Numbered from the stretch's first letter, positions 31,492 to 42,367 are shown. The stretch is 64,000 nucleotides of DNA from Promethearchaeota archaeon (GCA_019057795.1 JAHLWS010000053.1:58261-122260); one strand, 5' to 3'. Translations and numbers: made by a program. The notes: generated from the sequence alone by a model not told the origin.

Positions 31492-33030
31492 ATGACTGAT
31501 TCTATGGTATTAAACGATAAATTAATCAGTTTCTGTCAGAAAATTCATCCTTATAACATCCCTTGTATAAAGTTCAAAGAATTGGATGTTAGGTATAAAT
31601 TAATATACAAAAAAGAATATAAAATTGACGAAAATGATATTAATAAAGCTAGTTTTATAATATTTCTAATATCTTTTATAGTCCTCTTTATTACTTCAAT
31701 ATTTATCACAAATTTTAGTTTAATAATAGTAACAATTTATTCTTTTACCTTAGCATTAATTTTTTCTTATACTTTTAATATTAGGTTTTTTAAAGAGATT
31801 AAAAAGAAAGAGAAGCAAATAAATGCCTTATTGTATCTTGTTAAGATTTATTTTTCCTTAATTCAAAAATCATTAGGAGAAAACGCAGATTATTCCATCA
31901 ATTTTATTAAGTTAATTAAAGAGTATAAACTTCCAATATCAAAAGACTTTGGAGAAATATTAAGTAAAATTCAGCTGGGTGAAAATCCAGAAGCTTTGTT
32001 GTCTGAGATTATTACACCCTCAGAAGATTTTAATTCTTATTTAAAGAACTTACTCTTATCAAATTTCAGTCATAATAGCAATAGTGATGTTTTTAGTGAA
32101 AATTCATTAGAAAAACAATTTAGAACATATCTGAGAGAAATTGAATCTAAATTAACCGTTATATTCTTTATTGGCTTATTTTTCCCCTTAGGTTTATGTT
32201 TTTTAATCTTATTTCAAAGAATTAATTATTTTTTATTAATTTCTATTTTACCGCTTTTTTTCTTCTCTTTAAAATTTCTAAATAAAAAATTTTTAAAAAA
32301 TGACTTTTTTTTGTTAGGATTAATAAACAATTACTCAAAGAAGGAGAAAACAAAATTTGATGAATTTATTTCCTTCCTTATTGGTTTTACTATGAATTTA
32401 AAAAGAAATATTTCTCCTGAAATAGCATTTATTAAGTCATATTCCCAAAATAAACGACAATTTAAATTATTAGAAAAACCATTAAAATCACAAGTTTCAC
32501 AACTTTTAAACTTCTCTTGCTCATTTGACGAAATACTAGAAAACCTACATTTTGAATTGAAATCGATACGATTTAAATTAATTTTGAATGTTATAGGGAA
32601 GATTGTTGCTGAGAATGCTTACCTCTCTCATGAAAAGATAACAGATATCTTAAATGTAATATCAAATCACCAAAAACTCGAAAACCGGTTAGAAATAATA
32701 ATACGAGGAGAAAGATTTAAAGTTTTATTGTTTTTATTTTTGTTACCTATAATTATTGGAGGAATTGGAGGGTTAGTTCCATTATTTAATTTTTTGATTA
32801 GCAATGTTAATTTTAATCCTGGTTTCAACTTAACTTCTTTATTCGATTTAATATTTACTTATGATTTTATTATAATATTTTTCTCCCTCTTATATTGTGT
32901 TTATGTATCCTCCTATTATTTTTTAAGAATAATAAACTACGAAAGAAGGAAAATTTTATTGGTTGTTTCTAATACATTATATGGATTAGCATTTTTCTTC
33001 TCGTGTATAAATATATTAAATTACATTTAA
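31492..33030 (+). CDS. TadB/TadC (T2SSF)-like membrane platform protein
   Basis: Duplicated cytoplasmic domain (IQLGENPE.., KRNISPE..) separated by TM pairs; in an operon with the ATPase. Confidence 0.7.
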   Translation: MTDSMVLNDKLISFCQKIHPYNIPCIKFKELDVRYKLIYKKEYKIDENDINKASFIIFLISFIVLFITSIFITNFSLIIVTIYSFTLALIFSYTFNIRFFKEIKKKEKQINALLYLVKIYFSLIQKSLGENADYSINFIKLIKEYKLPISKDFGEILSKIQLGENPEALLSEIITPSEDFNSYLKNLLLSNFSHNSNSDVFSENSLEKQFRTYLREIESKLTVIFFIGLFFPLGLCFLILFQRINYFLLISILPLFFFSLKFLNKKFLKNDFFLLGLINNYSKKEKTKFDEFISFLIGFTMNLKRNISPEIAFIKSYSQNKRQFKLLEKPLKSQVSQLLNFSCSFDEILENLHFELKSIRFKLILNVIGKIVAENAYLSHEKITDILNVISNHQKLENRLEIIIRGERFKVLLFLFLLPIIIGGIGGLVPLFNFLISNVNFNPGFNLTSLFDLIFTYDFIIIFFSLLYCVYVSSYYFLRIINYERRKILLVVSNTLYGLAFFFSCINILNYI

Positions 33031-33048
33031 GAAAGAGTTGAAGAATTC

Positions 33049-33351
33049 CTAACTAAATAAAAAAACATAAATTAATTCTATAAACAAAAAAATTCCAATA
33101 AAAATAACGATTAATTTAGAATAAGACACCACAGTTTTAAAGAACACAGTTTCAAAACCTTTACTAAAAGCAAAAACCTCTATTTCATTTAAAATTTGAA
33201 AAAATGGCATCAAAAAAATAAAAAACAAGACTATAGAAATAAAAATTGCAATAGGCTCAGCAGATATAACCGAAAACGCAAAAATAAAAATAAAAAATGC
33301 TAATAACGAATAGAATTCAAATATAATTAAATTAATCTCTGACATGTACAA
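33049..33351 (-). CDS. small membrane protein
   Basis: Three hydrophobic helices. Confidence 0.55.
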   Translation of the reverse strand: MYMSEINLIIFEFYSLLAFFIFIFAFSVISAEPIAIFISIVLFFIFLMPFFQILNEIEVFAFSKGFETVFFKTVVSYSKLIVIFIGIFLFIELIYVFLFS

Positions 33352-33551
33352 TATTTATTAAAGAAAAAACTATTTAAATTTCTAAGATTATAAAAAGTAT
33401 TAAAAAAAAAATAGAGAATTAGGAAGAATTTTATAATATATTATAATGTTAATAATTATTTTGAAATTATATTTTTATTAAAAAGATTGCAATAACTACT
33501 GTAATATTACTAATTACTATAGAATAATATGAAAAGGGGTTAATTAAAATT

Positions 33552-34040
33552 ATGAGAAATTTAAAAATGAAGGGATTAAAGTATAGTAATGGGAAATACG
33601 AACTATTTAATGAACGTTTTGTATTTTTCCCTCCACAAATCATTGACATTTTATCATCAATTTATGGGGAAGGTGTAAAATCTTTATTAGTGTGGTTAGG
33701 TAAAAAAGTTGGTTGGGCATTAATTCAAAAGTGGGATGATAATTTAAAATCTAAAACATTAAATGATCTAGTCAATCAATTTAGTAGTATATTAAGCAAT
33801 CATGGTTGGGGTCGTTTTACACCCAAAAAGATTTCTGATAATTTAATTGTAATTGAGCTACATCATAACATTTCTAATGATTTAGGTAGCAAATCAAAAT
33901 ATACCTGTTATTACATAACAGGACTATTAGCTGGCTTTGGCGAATATGCTTTATACAGAGTAAATGTTATAGAAAATAATTGTTGTATAGAAAATCCTAG
34001 TTTAGGCTCATGTGAATTTAGAATTGAGAAAAGTATTTAA
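33552..34040 (+). CDS. V4R-domain protein
   Basis: G-x3-G, HGWG, C-x4-G-x3-G and E-x2-C-x7-CEF motifs. Confidence 0.85.
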   Translation: MRNLKMKGLKYSNGKYELFNERFVFFPPQIIDILSSIYGEGVKSLLVWLGKKVGWALIQKWDDNLKSKTLNDLVNQFSSILSNHGWGRFTPKKISDNLIVIELHHNISNDLGSKSKYTCYYITGLLAGFGEYALYRVNVIENNCCIENPSLGSCEFRIEKSI

Positions 34041-34049
34041 AGACATAAT

Positions 34050-34436
34050 TTACCAAGGGTCCCATTCTTCAGGGTTAAGTACTTCACTTTCATTATTTCC
34101 AATATTTTCCTCAGTTGGTTTAGCTTGGAATTCAAGATAATCATTATTTTCCTCGATTACCTGTTTTTGGGGGTCACTCTCGCTCGAAATTAAACTTTCT
34201 GTTAGAATTATTTGATCTTCGCCAATTACAACATCTTTAAAAGCAGTGATTAAGGATAGAAAATTAAAAAATTCTTCTTTAGCCATTTCTACGATTAAAG
34301 ACTCGCTATTTTTTAACAAAGTAAGTTTAATTATCCGAACTTCACCACTTATTTCTACTGAAGTTAATTCTATACTTTCATTTTTATTTTTTAGCTGAAT
34401 TTTCCACGAAGTTTCTCTAGTTTTTTCAATTTCCAT
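34050..34436 (-). CDS. hypothetical protein with an acidic tail ending EEWDPW
   Basis: Beta-rich N-terminal domain plus a helix, then an acidic low-complexity tail. Confidence 0.7.
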   Translation of the reverse strand: MEIEKTRETSWKIQLKNKNESIELTSVEISGEVRIIKLTLLKNSESLIVEMAKEEFFNFLSLITAFKDVVIGEDQIILTESLISSESDPQKQVIEENNDYLEFQAKPTEENIGNNESEVLNPEEWDPW

Positions 34437-34585
34437 TCTTTAAATTACACTCTTAAGATAATTAAAATTCAATAATTTAATAAAAATTAACTAATTTATA
34501 ATTTTCTTTATAATTTTCATATCGTTTTTAACTAATAATGCTAAAAAAGGGAACTCACTTTTTCAAATTATTTAACAAAGATAAT

Positions 34586-35245
34586 TCAAAGATAATTGAA
34601 TATTAAAAAATTATATACAAAAAAAATAAGGATAAGGATTGGAGGTCTATATTGGGTTAAAAATTGAAATTTTTCTGTTTTATTATTATAAAATAGAATT
34701 AATGATTTTAAGAGATATTTTTCGCCAGTGGATTTATTGAGTTGTGAAAAATCTCTAAATTTATAAAATATTTCAATAAATATTTTTTGTATTTTTGAGA
34801 AATTTTCATTTTCACTAAAAAACATCTCATAGACATTCATATTTGTTAAATTGTGTGTAATTAGATAACTAATTATTCCCATTATTAAATATAATAACAA
34901 TAAAATGGAAAAAAATAAAAGTAACCATTGAAAATTCAAATAATATATTGGATTAAAAAGAAACAGCATTGTTAATAACTTACCATCACTTCCTCCTATT
35001 ATCTTTAAACAAAATAATATGAATGATAAAAAAAACGCTAAGAAAAGAAACCATATCTTTCCTATTATAAAAATTATTATATTATTATAAAAATGCAAAA
35101 ATTCAATAAAAATTAAGAAGCTACCTATTAAAAAAAGAACAGAAAGAACTTTATTGGGTATTATTCTAAACCTGATATCTCGATACATGCAATAAAATAA
35201 AACTATATTTGAATAGAAAAAAAAAAAGAAAACATTTAAAATCAT
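34586..35245 (-). CDS. prepilin peptidase (A24 family)
   Basis: DIRFRIIPN and GGSDGK aspartyl motifs within TM helices. Confidence 0.85.
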   Translation of the reverse strand: MILNVFFFFFYSNIVLFYCMYRDIRFRIIPNKVLSVLFLIGSFLIFIEFLHFYNNIIIFIIGKIWFLFLAFFLSFILFCLKIIGGSDGKLLTMLFLFNPIYYLNFQWLLLFFSILLLLYLIMGIISYLITHNLTNMNVYEMFFSENENFSKIQKIFIEIFYKFRDFSQLNKSTGEKYLLKSLILFYNNKTEKFQFLTQYRPPILILIFFVYNFLIFNYL

Positions 35246-35249
35246 TTGT

Positions 35250-35534
35250 TCATAATTCTCCTTCCCAAATTTCTATAAATTTCTTTAAACTCTTTGCGCG
35301 AATGTTTTCAGTTTTATATCGATATATTTTAATCCGTCCAAATATTTTTTCTTGAATCAGATTTAAGGATTTTAAATGGTTTAGATGAGATTTAACGCTT
35401 GTGTGATTCAGTCTTGATTTTTTTATAATTTGAGATATTGATAATTCATGGTTTATAGCAAGTATTTTTAATATTTTTATTCTCGCTTTTGAACCCAATA
35501 AATTCTCTATGTTAAAATTTTCTTTAACTATCAA
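35250..35534 (-). CDS. ArsR-like winged-HTH protein, coupled to cdc6
   Basis: LLGSKARIKIL...HL-x2-L...FGRIKIYR; 4-nt overlap with cdc6. Confidence 0.85.
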   Translation of the reverse strand: MIVKENFNIENLLGSKARIKILKILAINHELSISQIIKKSRLNHTSVKSHLNHLKSLNLIQEKIFGRIKIYRYKTENIRAKSLKKFIEIWEGEL

Positions 35535-36745
35535 ATCTTAATTCCCTTAGATTGTAAAATGTTTATGATTATTTCTTCAAATTTTGAAAGTGAAATCTCT
35601 TGAACTGCAATTAAAGCCCTTCGACCTTTTATAGACTCACTTTTGATCTCCACAGTAATTAAATTCTCTCTTTTAAAATCTTGAAGATAATTCCATAATT
35701 GTGAATACGACCGCGGTTGAATTCCTAAATTTTCGCATAAAATCAAATATGAATTTGTAATTACTATTGAAGAAATTTGAATCTTTCCACTTTTCTTTAA
35801 AGCTTTTATAATTGCTAATAAGAAAATTACTTTCTGTAATGTCATATATTTTAAAATATCTAGAGTAGAAAATGGAACTATATCATGATTTCCAAGACGT
35901 ACGCATTCCATAGTGATATATTTTAAATCCTGATTTTCAGCAATTTTACTTGATTTCCATATAAGATTTAACCCATATCTAATATCTCCACTTTGATAAA
36001 CCAAATCTGATATAGTTTTGATTAATTTGTTAGAAATTATATTCTCTTTTAAACTTATCTCTGCTCTGTACTTCAAAATGTCATACAATTGCTCTTTTGT
36101 GTAATTTTTAAATTTGATTATATTCCTTTGAAGCGTACTCATAGTACTAACATCTAAGTTGCTTAAACACGAGATATTTCTCGCTATTCCAATAATAGAA
36201 ATGCGTTGTCGAGCGTTAAAAGAATCATCGTTAATTCTCGTAAGAGAATATACCAGATCTCCACCATTATTTATTAAATAACCTAATTCATCCAATACAA
36301 TTAAAAGCTGTAAGTTTTGGTTATTAACTGAGTCTACAATAATATCTAGTAAATCTTGGGGCGAATATCCTCTTTTTGGAAAATTTTTGTTAAGTGCGCG
36401 AACGATTTTGATTAGAACTTTGTAACTAGTTCTTTCTTTCCTACAATTTATATGTACATATTTGATTAAAATTGATCTTTTTTCTGCGGCATTTGTTATC
36501 ATCTCTCCAAACAATTTAATTGCTGCTGTTTTCCCTATTCCCGTTTTTCCTATAATTAATATTTTACGCGATATAGAATTTGGATTTGTTATTAACACTA
36601 AAAAAAGTTGAGATAATAGCGCCAATTCCTTTTCTCGATGTAGTAACTTCTTTGGAACGAAATTAATATCAAGTTTACTCTCGTTTTTGAATAATGAAGG
36701 TTTTTTTAGTAAATCTTCAAAGTAGTCTATTGTTATAAAGAACAC
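35531..36745 (-). CDS. cdc6: Orc1/Cdc6 replication initiator
   Basis: P-x2-LLHRE, GKTGIGKT, HINC, VLDE, GDIR motifs and a C-terminal wH domain. Confidence 0.95.
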   Translation of the reverse strand: MFFITIDYFEDLLKKPSLFKNESKLDINFVPKKLLHREKELALLSQLFLVLITNPNSISRKILIIGKTGIGKTAAIKLFGEMITNAAEKRSILIKYVHINCRKERTSYKVLIKIVRALNKNFPKRGYSPQDLLDIIVDSVNNQNLQLLIVLDELGYLINNGGDLVYSLTRINDDSFNARQRISIIGIARNISCLSNLDVSTMSTLQRNIIKFKNYTKEQLYDILKYRAEISLKENIISNKLIKTISDLVYQSGDIRYGLNLIWKSSKIAENQDLKYITMECVRLGNHDIVPFSTLDILKYMTLQKVIFLLAIIKALKKSGKIQISSIVITNSYLILCENLGIQPRSYSQLWNYLQDFKRENLITVEIKSESIKGRRALIAVQEISLSKFEEIIINILQSKGIKI

Positions 36746-37006
36746 CCGATAAAATTATATTAAAAGTTAGAAAATTATTGTATATAATAAAATACAGAGT
36801 AGTAGTTTTTGATTATTAAAATAATAATTTAACATTTAATCAAACAATTTTCTCTCTGGAAATACCAAACAAATCTCGTAATATCAATACTCACTCTCAA
36901 AATACTTAAAAAAAATGCGTAATAATTTTTTGTCGGACATTTCATGCCATCATTGTATCTATAGAATCTACAATTTAAATAAATATTAACAAATCAAATA
37001 AATAAA

Positions 37007-38224
37007 TTAGAATTTAAATGTTAGATCTCTAATTAATTTGAATTTTGTTCTTTTTCTAATATTAACTTTCATACAAATAGAAGTAAAAAGGATAATTAAA
37101 ATCGAAAAAAGAAAAATGTTTGTTGTAAAAAATAAATTAAAAACCCCTTGACTTAAAAAGTTTTGAATTTTAAAGTTCAAAGTTATTGTTTTATTTTCTA
37201 GATATTTGGTGCCGTTGAATACGATGTCAACATAAAACTTTTTTTCATTTTCTTTAAATCTAAAGTTATTTGAAGAGATTTCAATATCTACAAATCCCGA
37301 TTGGTTGGTTTTAAATTGATCTTCATATTCCAATGTTAAATCATTATAAATAATTGTTTTTAAAATCTGGTTTTTAAGTGGTTTTATACTTTGGTTGAAA
37401 AAATAGAAGTAAAGGTTGATTGTTATTATATAATGGTTTTCTAAATTGTTATCGAATCTCAATATTTCTACGAAAATTGCTAGTTTTTCTACAAAAATTT
37501 CATAAGAAAATGTAGCATTATTATAAATCATGTTATTTCTTATGTCAAAGATTATATTATTTTCTCCTAAATTTAAATGAGAAATTGTTGATATATTAAA
37601 TGAAATTTCCCCACTCTCGTTTGTTGTAAAATTATTTTGATAAAGTATTTTCTTATTAGAAATTATTTCAAAATGAAAAGTTTCGTTAACTAAATAAGAG
37701 TGGTTGTCTGTGCTATAAAATTTTGCTGTAAAAAAGTTATAACCTCCGTATTTTAGAACGCTTTTAAAACCGATTAATTGACACATCACATTTCTTTTTA
37801 ACACATTTACGATTATAATTCCTCTAAAAGCATTTACAGACCCCCCCGCTCCATTTTGATCTTTGTAAAAATGGTATAATTTAATAAATAATGTATTAGT
37901 ATAATTCGAAAATGAAATATTTAAAAATTCAATATTAATTGTCCAATTCTTTTCTGAATATCCAATTTCATGGTGCTCTGAAGAATTCCAAAGAATATTA
38001 TCAAAAATATCAAAAATTTGAACTTGGAAATACGAGATTTCATGCTCAGGGTCATAAATTAATTCCCATGAAGCGTTAATGTTAATTTTTTCGTTATTAT
38101 AATAAATATCGTTATCGCTTGTAAAAACAAAAACATCGAAGGAAAAACTTTTAACGGACTTGGTAATTAGTATTATTGATAGAACGAGACACAGGAATAA
38201 AACTATTACATTTTTTTTGTTCAC
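37007..38224 (-). CDS. secreted, membrane-anchored beta-sandwich (Ig-like) surface protein
   Basis: Signal peptide, repeated TN-x-SG motifs, many N-x-S/T sequons, C-terminal TM and basic tail. Confidence 0.7.
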   Translation of the reverse strand: MNKKNVIVLFLCLVLSIILITKSVKSFSFDVFVFTSDNDIYYNNEKININASWELIYDPEHEISYFQVQIFDIFDNILWNSSEHHEIGYSEKNWTINIEFLNISFSNYTNTLFIKLYHFYKDQNGAGGSVNAFRGIIIVNVLKRNVMCQLIGFKSVLKYGGYNFFTAKFYSTDNHSYLVNETFHFEIISNKKILYQNNFTTNESGEISFNISTISHLNLGENNIIFDIRNNMIYNNATFSYEIFVEKLAIFVEILRFDNNLENHYIITINLYFYFFNQSIKPLKNQILKTIIYNDLTLEYEDQFKTNQSGFVDIEISSNNFRFKENEKKFYVDIVFNGTKYLENKTITLNFKIQNFLSQGVFNLFFTTNIFLFSILIILFTSICMKVNIRKRTKFKLIRDLTFKF

Positions 38225-38329
38225 AACAATTCTTTATATTAAATTATAAAAACTTAGATAATTTCAAAAAACATTTATTTTATCAAATATTTAAATTCAA
38301 AACTAAGAAATGTGTTTTACTGAAAGTAG

Positions 38330-38527
38330 ATGGGAAAAGTTAGAACTATATTAATAAAAAAGGTTTCAAAAGAGTTAATAAATAAATATCCTGATGTTTT
38401 TACTACGGATTTTGAAAAAAATAAAGAATTATTAGATAAATATCTTGAAGTAGACTCAAAACACTTAAGAAATCGAATTTCGGGATATATCGTTAATCTA
38501 ATGAAGATCAGATCTCGAGAACAATAA
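38330..38527 (+). CDS. rps17e: 30S ribosomal protein S17e
   Basis: MGKVRT...FTTDFEKNK...SKHLRNRISGY. Confidence 0.97.
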   Translation: MGKVRTILIKKVSKELINKYPDVFTTDFEKNKELLDKYLEVDSKHLRNRISGYIVNLMKIRSREQ

Positions 38528-38562
38528 AAAATTGAGTTTAATTATAATTATTTATTGAGGGT

Positions 38563-38943
38563 GTGGTGTTTATTAAAGAAGACGCAAAGAAAATGGCCGA
38601 TCTTCTAAGAACGGGTCATAAAATGCTAAATTTATCTTGTCCTATTTGTAATAATCCAATTTTTCAAAATAAAGACGGAGTATCTTTTTGTGTAATTTGT
38701 AATAGAGAAGTAATTATGGCAGACAGCGTTTCAGATAAAAATTTTGAGGAAAAAGAAACAATTTTGAACAAAAACACCAAACAAGGCAATATACCAAGCG
38801 TATTAATAACCGTTCTTACTGATAAATTAAATTGGATTACTCAAAAATTAAAGAAAGAGAATCAATTGGATATTATCGAAAAATATTTAAAAATATTATT
38901 TGATCTTTTAAACCTGTTAGAAAAAGCTAAAGGCTTTAAATAA
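38563..38943 (+). CDS. UPF0148/SSSCA1-like Zn-ribbon protein
   Basis: MADLLRTG-x-KML-x3-CPIC-x2-P...FCVIC. Confidence 0.85.
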   Translation: MVFIKEDAKKMADLLRTGHKMLNLSCPICNNPIFQNKDGVSFCVICNREVIMADSVSDKNFEEKETILNKNTKQGNIPSVLITVLTDKLNWITQKLKKENQLDIIEKYLKILFDLLNLLEKAKGFK

Positions 38944-38974
38944 TTAAAAAGGTATTAAAAGATTTATGTGTTAA

Positions 38975-39084
38975 TGCTTCTGCCGGGATTTGAACCCGGG
39001 TCACGAGGGTGAGAGCCTCGCATGCTTAATCCTTTTTTCTGTATTAAGAAATCAGTAAGTTTGACCGGACTACACTACAGAAGC
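38975..39084 (-). tRNA. tRNA-Glu(CTC) with a 35-nt intron at 21/22 (39026-39060)
   Basis: GCTTCTG/CAGAAGC acceptor; CGAGG-CT CTC AC-CCTCG anticodon arm; BHB GGTC-AA|A ... GATT-AA|G. Confidence 0.9.
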
Positions 39085-39332
39085 AAATAAAATATTATAA
39101 AGCCACTGTTTTAATAAATTTTAACTAAATATTAAATTTAATTAAAACAATTTTTAGTCTTATTATATAGATTAAATTCAGTTAAAAGAGCCGAAAATCA
39201 ATTGAATTACCATACAGATTCAAATTATTGACGATTGAAAGAAGCACTAAAATAAAAAAAATAATATATATTAAGTAATATTAAAAAAAGAAACATTAAT
39301 TAAATTGCATTCGATATTTAGCTTTTTATATA

Positions 39333-40382
39333 TTACATTGAAATTTGAAATTCATTTGTTATGAAGATTGGTTTAAGTAAATTTACATAGTGGTCTCTAA
39401 TAGAATATTCTGCGATCTTAGTTGCGTCTGAAATTAGTTTTTGAGTTAATACGGCTTTTTGGTTAAACTCTCTAGATAATAACTTATCAGCTAAATATAT
39501 TACAGCCCCAGTTAAAATAAAAGGATTTCGGCCACCTCGATGCCATTTAGTCAAGCTATTTAGAATCCTTCTGCATTTACTTGTTAAATTGCGTTTATAA
39601 TCTTCTTTTGACCAATGATTTCCTTTTTTAATTAATCTATCATCCAAATTTTTATGATTTATAATACTATCTATTAATCTAATTAGGTAATCTTCACTTT
39701 TATGTGGGATTGCATTGCTATTCAAATGAAATTTATATCTTATTCCATCTCTCAAAATTAGCCTTGGATTAACTCTATGACCAAAATTTTGAAAGGCATT
39801 AGAAATTTCATTTATTGTAACTGGGGCATTATGATACTCTTTACGAACAGAATAAAAAATACAAAATGCGATCAAAGAAATATTATTTATGATTTTTTGC
39901 TCATTTTTAACTATCTTTTTATAATAATACGCAGCGTTGTTTCGGATATTTTTATTTAAATTAAGGTAAATAGATATCTTATTCAAGATATTGAAGATTC
40001 TATATTCGGTTTCATGATTTTTAATCCTTAGAAATTGAGCATAGTTTTTCTTTAACCTTCTGTATAATTTCTGCTCATCAGGCGGCAATAATTTTCCTGT
40101 TTTATCTTTAAGATATTTTGACTTCTCATAATCCATAAAGGTCCCCAATCCCCCAATATAATCTGTTCTTTCTCCTAATGCAACATACTGTTTATTCATG
40201 TTATTTTTTACATTGGTCGCATTAAAGATGTATGACGAATCCTTATAAATTTTATCTAATACTAAACCACATTCCTTACATGTCATTTCGAATGAGTTTG
40301 TTATGACACTACCCCCACATTCAGAGCATTTTTCATAAACTTTACTCTCTTTTGTATTATTTACCAAATTTAATTCACACAA
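39333..40382 (-). CDS. TFB paralog (transcription factor IIB family)
   Basis: Zn ribbon CSECG...CKECG, cyclin repeats, GRNP and IAEYSIRDHY motifs. Confidence 0.85.
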   Translation of the reverse strand: MCELNLVNNTKESKVYEKCSECGGSVITNSFEMTCKECGLVLDKIYKDSSYIFNATNVKNNMNKQYVALGERTDYIGGLGTFMDYEKSKYLKDKTGKLLPPDEQKLYRRLKKNYAQFLRIKNHETEYRIFNILNKISIYLNLNKNIRNNAAYYYKKIVKNEQKIINNISLIAFCIFYSVRKEYHNAPVTINEISNAFQNFGHRVNPRLILRDGIRYKFHLNSNAIPHKSEDYLIRLIDSIINHKNLDDRLIKKGNHWSKEDYKRNLTSKCRRILNSLTKWHRGGRNPFILTGAVIYLADKLLSREFNQKAVLTQKLISDATKIAEYSIRDHYVNLLKPIFITNEFQISM

Positions 40383-40574
40383 ATTAATCGTTATAATTTA
40401 AGTAATTTAGAAACCCTTTATCTCGATTTTGTAGAATTTTTATTGTTTCCAATTGGAAAATAATTCCATTAAAATATATAGAACCTCTATAGCGAAGGGC
40501 TGAGGGATTATTGGAAGTAAAAAAAAATAATAGCATTTTTTAACTTTTAATTTATACTACATTTTACATCAGAT

Positions 40575-40868
40575 TTGTTATTCTTAAAAAAAATCATTTT
40601 AAAAAGAGATATTTCAATGAGTCAATCTCCAAACAAACTCGAAAAAATAAAAAAAATAACTTCAAGCCACAGTAATTTGTTTAAAAGAATTTTCAAAGAA
40701 TTAAACCTTATTATAAAAGGGAAGAGAGAAATTATGTATTCCGATATTATTAATCTGATTATACGAGAAGGTTATAAAGGAGAAAAATATAATGAAATAA
40801 TTTTATGGTGTAATTATAATATAAGACAAGGGAAATATATAGTTGTAATTGAACAAATAAAGCTCTAG
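40575..40868 (+). CDS. hypothetical protein (likely start ATG at about 40617)
   Basis: Short basic ORF divergent from the TFB paralog. Confidence 0.55.
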   Translation: MLFLKKIILKRDISMSQSPNKLEKIKKITSSHSNLFKRIFKELNLIIKGKREIMYSDIINLIIREGYKGEKYNEIILWCNYNIRQGKYIVVIEQIKL

Positions 40869-41136
40869 AAAAATCTTTGAAATTAAATAAAGAAAATTTA
40901 AAGAAGTTTTATGTATTAATAAATAAGGTTAACTTGAAAATTGATTTTCATTTTATTCTTTACTCTTTTAAATTGCTAAGAAATGAAAACTAAAATAAAA
41001 TTATAAATGTGTAATTATATTAATATTTAATAATATTATTATATAAAGACCAAAGCGATCTTTCTATATGTATATAATTTAATAATAATATGTTTTTTCA
41101 GCCTTTTAAATAGCAAACTTTAATGAGGATTTTTCT

Positions 41137-41817
41137 ATGGTTAGATGGACGGCAGATCATAATATATATATAAAAATACTCTATTGGGGTATGGGGGGAT
41201 CAGGAAAAACAACTATAGTAGACACATTATATAGATTAACTAAAGAACAAAAAAAAGATATTACTCCAACTGGAAATCTAACTAAAATTTCTATGGCAAG
41301 CGGGTCAACATTATATTTTGATAGAGGTATTTTTCAATCAACTAAACAGAATAAAGTATATTACCATGTCTATACTGTTGCTGGGCAGAGCAGGTTCTCT
41401 CCTTTAAGAAAAAAGATTTTCAAGGGTACAGATGGGGTTATTTTTGTCGTTGATTCACAAACACATTTTTTTGAAGATAATATTGAGTCCCTAAAAGAAT
41501 TAAAAAATATTACAAGGGGTAGGTTAATTAAAGAAATTCCCTTGATAACAATGTTAAATAAGCAAGACCTTAGTGAAACTATTGGAGAAGAAGATTTTAA
41601 ACAAGTTCTCAAGGAGGAAAAACTCTGGTATGAACCTGATCATGAATTATATATTTGGAATCCCATAATATACAAAACATGTGCATTATACGACAAGAAA
41701 ATAGATGTTTATCGTAGTTTCACCGAATGCGCAAGAAGAACGGGGCTATATCAAATATATGGGGATGGTAAAGCACCTGTTGGAAATAATTTTAGCAGAG
41801 ACCTCCCTGAATTTTAA
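41137..41817 (+). CDS. MglA/Arf-like small GTPase
   Basis: GMGGSGKTT, TLYFD, TVAGQ, NKQD and TCA motifs. Confidence 0.9.
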   Translation: MVRWTADHNIYIKILYWGMGGSGKTTIVDTLYRLTKEQKKDITPTGNLTKISMASGSTLYFDRGIFQSTKQNKVYYHVYTVAGQSRFSPLRKKIFKGTDGVIFVVDSQTHFFEDNIESLKELKNITRGRLIKEIPLITMLNKQDLSETIGEEDFKQVLKEEKLWYEPDHELYIWNPIIYKTCALYDKKIDVYRSFTECARRTGLYQIYGDGKAPVGNNFSRDLPEF

Positions 41818-42176
41818 AAATAGATACGAATATTCAATTTTTTCTTGTCATGCTAATAATTACATTTTAATCAAAATTTAATAAAAAGGAAAAAATTCTC
41901 ATTTTTTAAATAGGTATAATGCGTTTTATTTTTAAGAATTATTAAATAAAATTTATTATTCAAAGGATACCAGGATTTCCCTAAGGTTATAAAAATTCAA
42001 TGAAAATAACTAACATACATGACCTATTAAATTTAGGAATGAAATGTTATAGTTACCTTGAGGATTATAAGAACCAAAATCTCTTAAATATAAATTTTCC
42101 TATAATTTAATAATTTATATAAATTCTTAATCATTTTATCTAACATAAACCAATATTATTTTATGTTGAAATAGTT

Positions 42177-42359
42177 ATGGGAGTTTATAATAGCATAAAA
42201 GGAGAATTACCTAACCAATTTTCAATTTTTCAGTTAATTAGTATTTTAGGAGTAGATGCTCAAGAAGTACGTAAGGTCAGAAATTTATTAAAGCAATTTC
42301 ATAATAAAGGTTTTATTAAAAGACTCTCAAAAAATATGTATGAAAAAATTGAAAAATAA
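42177..42359 (+). CDS. small winged-HTH protein
   Basis: FSIFQLISILG...VRNLLKQF-x2-KGFIKR. Confidence 0.6.
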   Translation: MGVYNSIKGELPNQFSIFQLISILGVDAQEVRKVRNLLKQFHNKGFIKRLSKNMYEKIEK

Positions 42360-42367
42360 ATAAATTA

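Noticed and set aside
36746-37006. Replication origin immediately upstream of cdc6
   Set aside because: Only one imperfect ORB-like box is seen, with no inverted pair.
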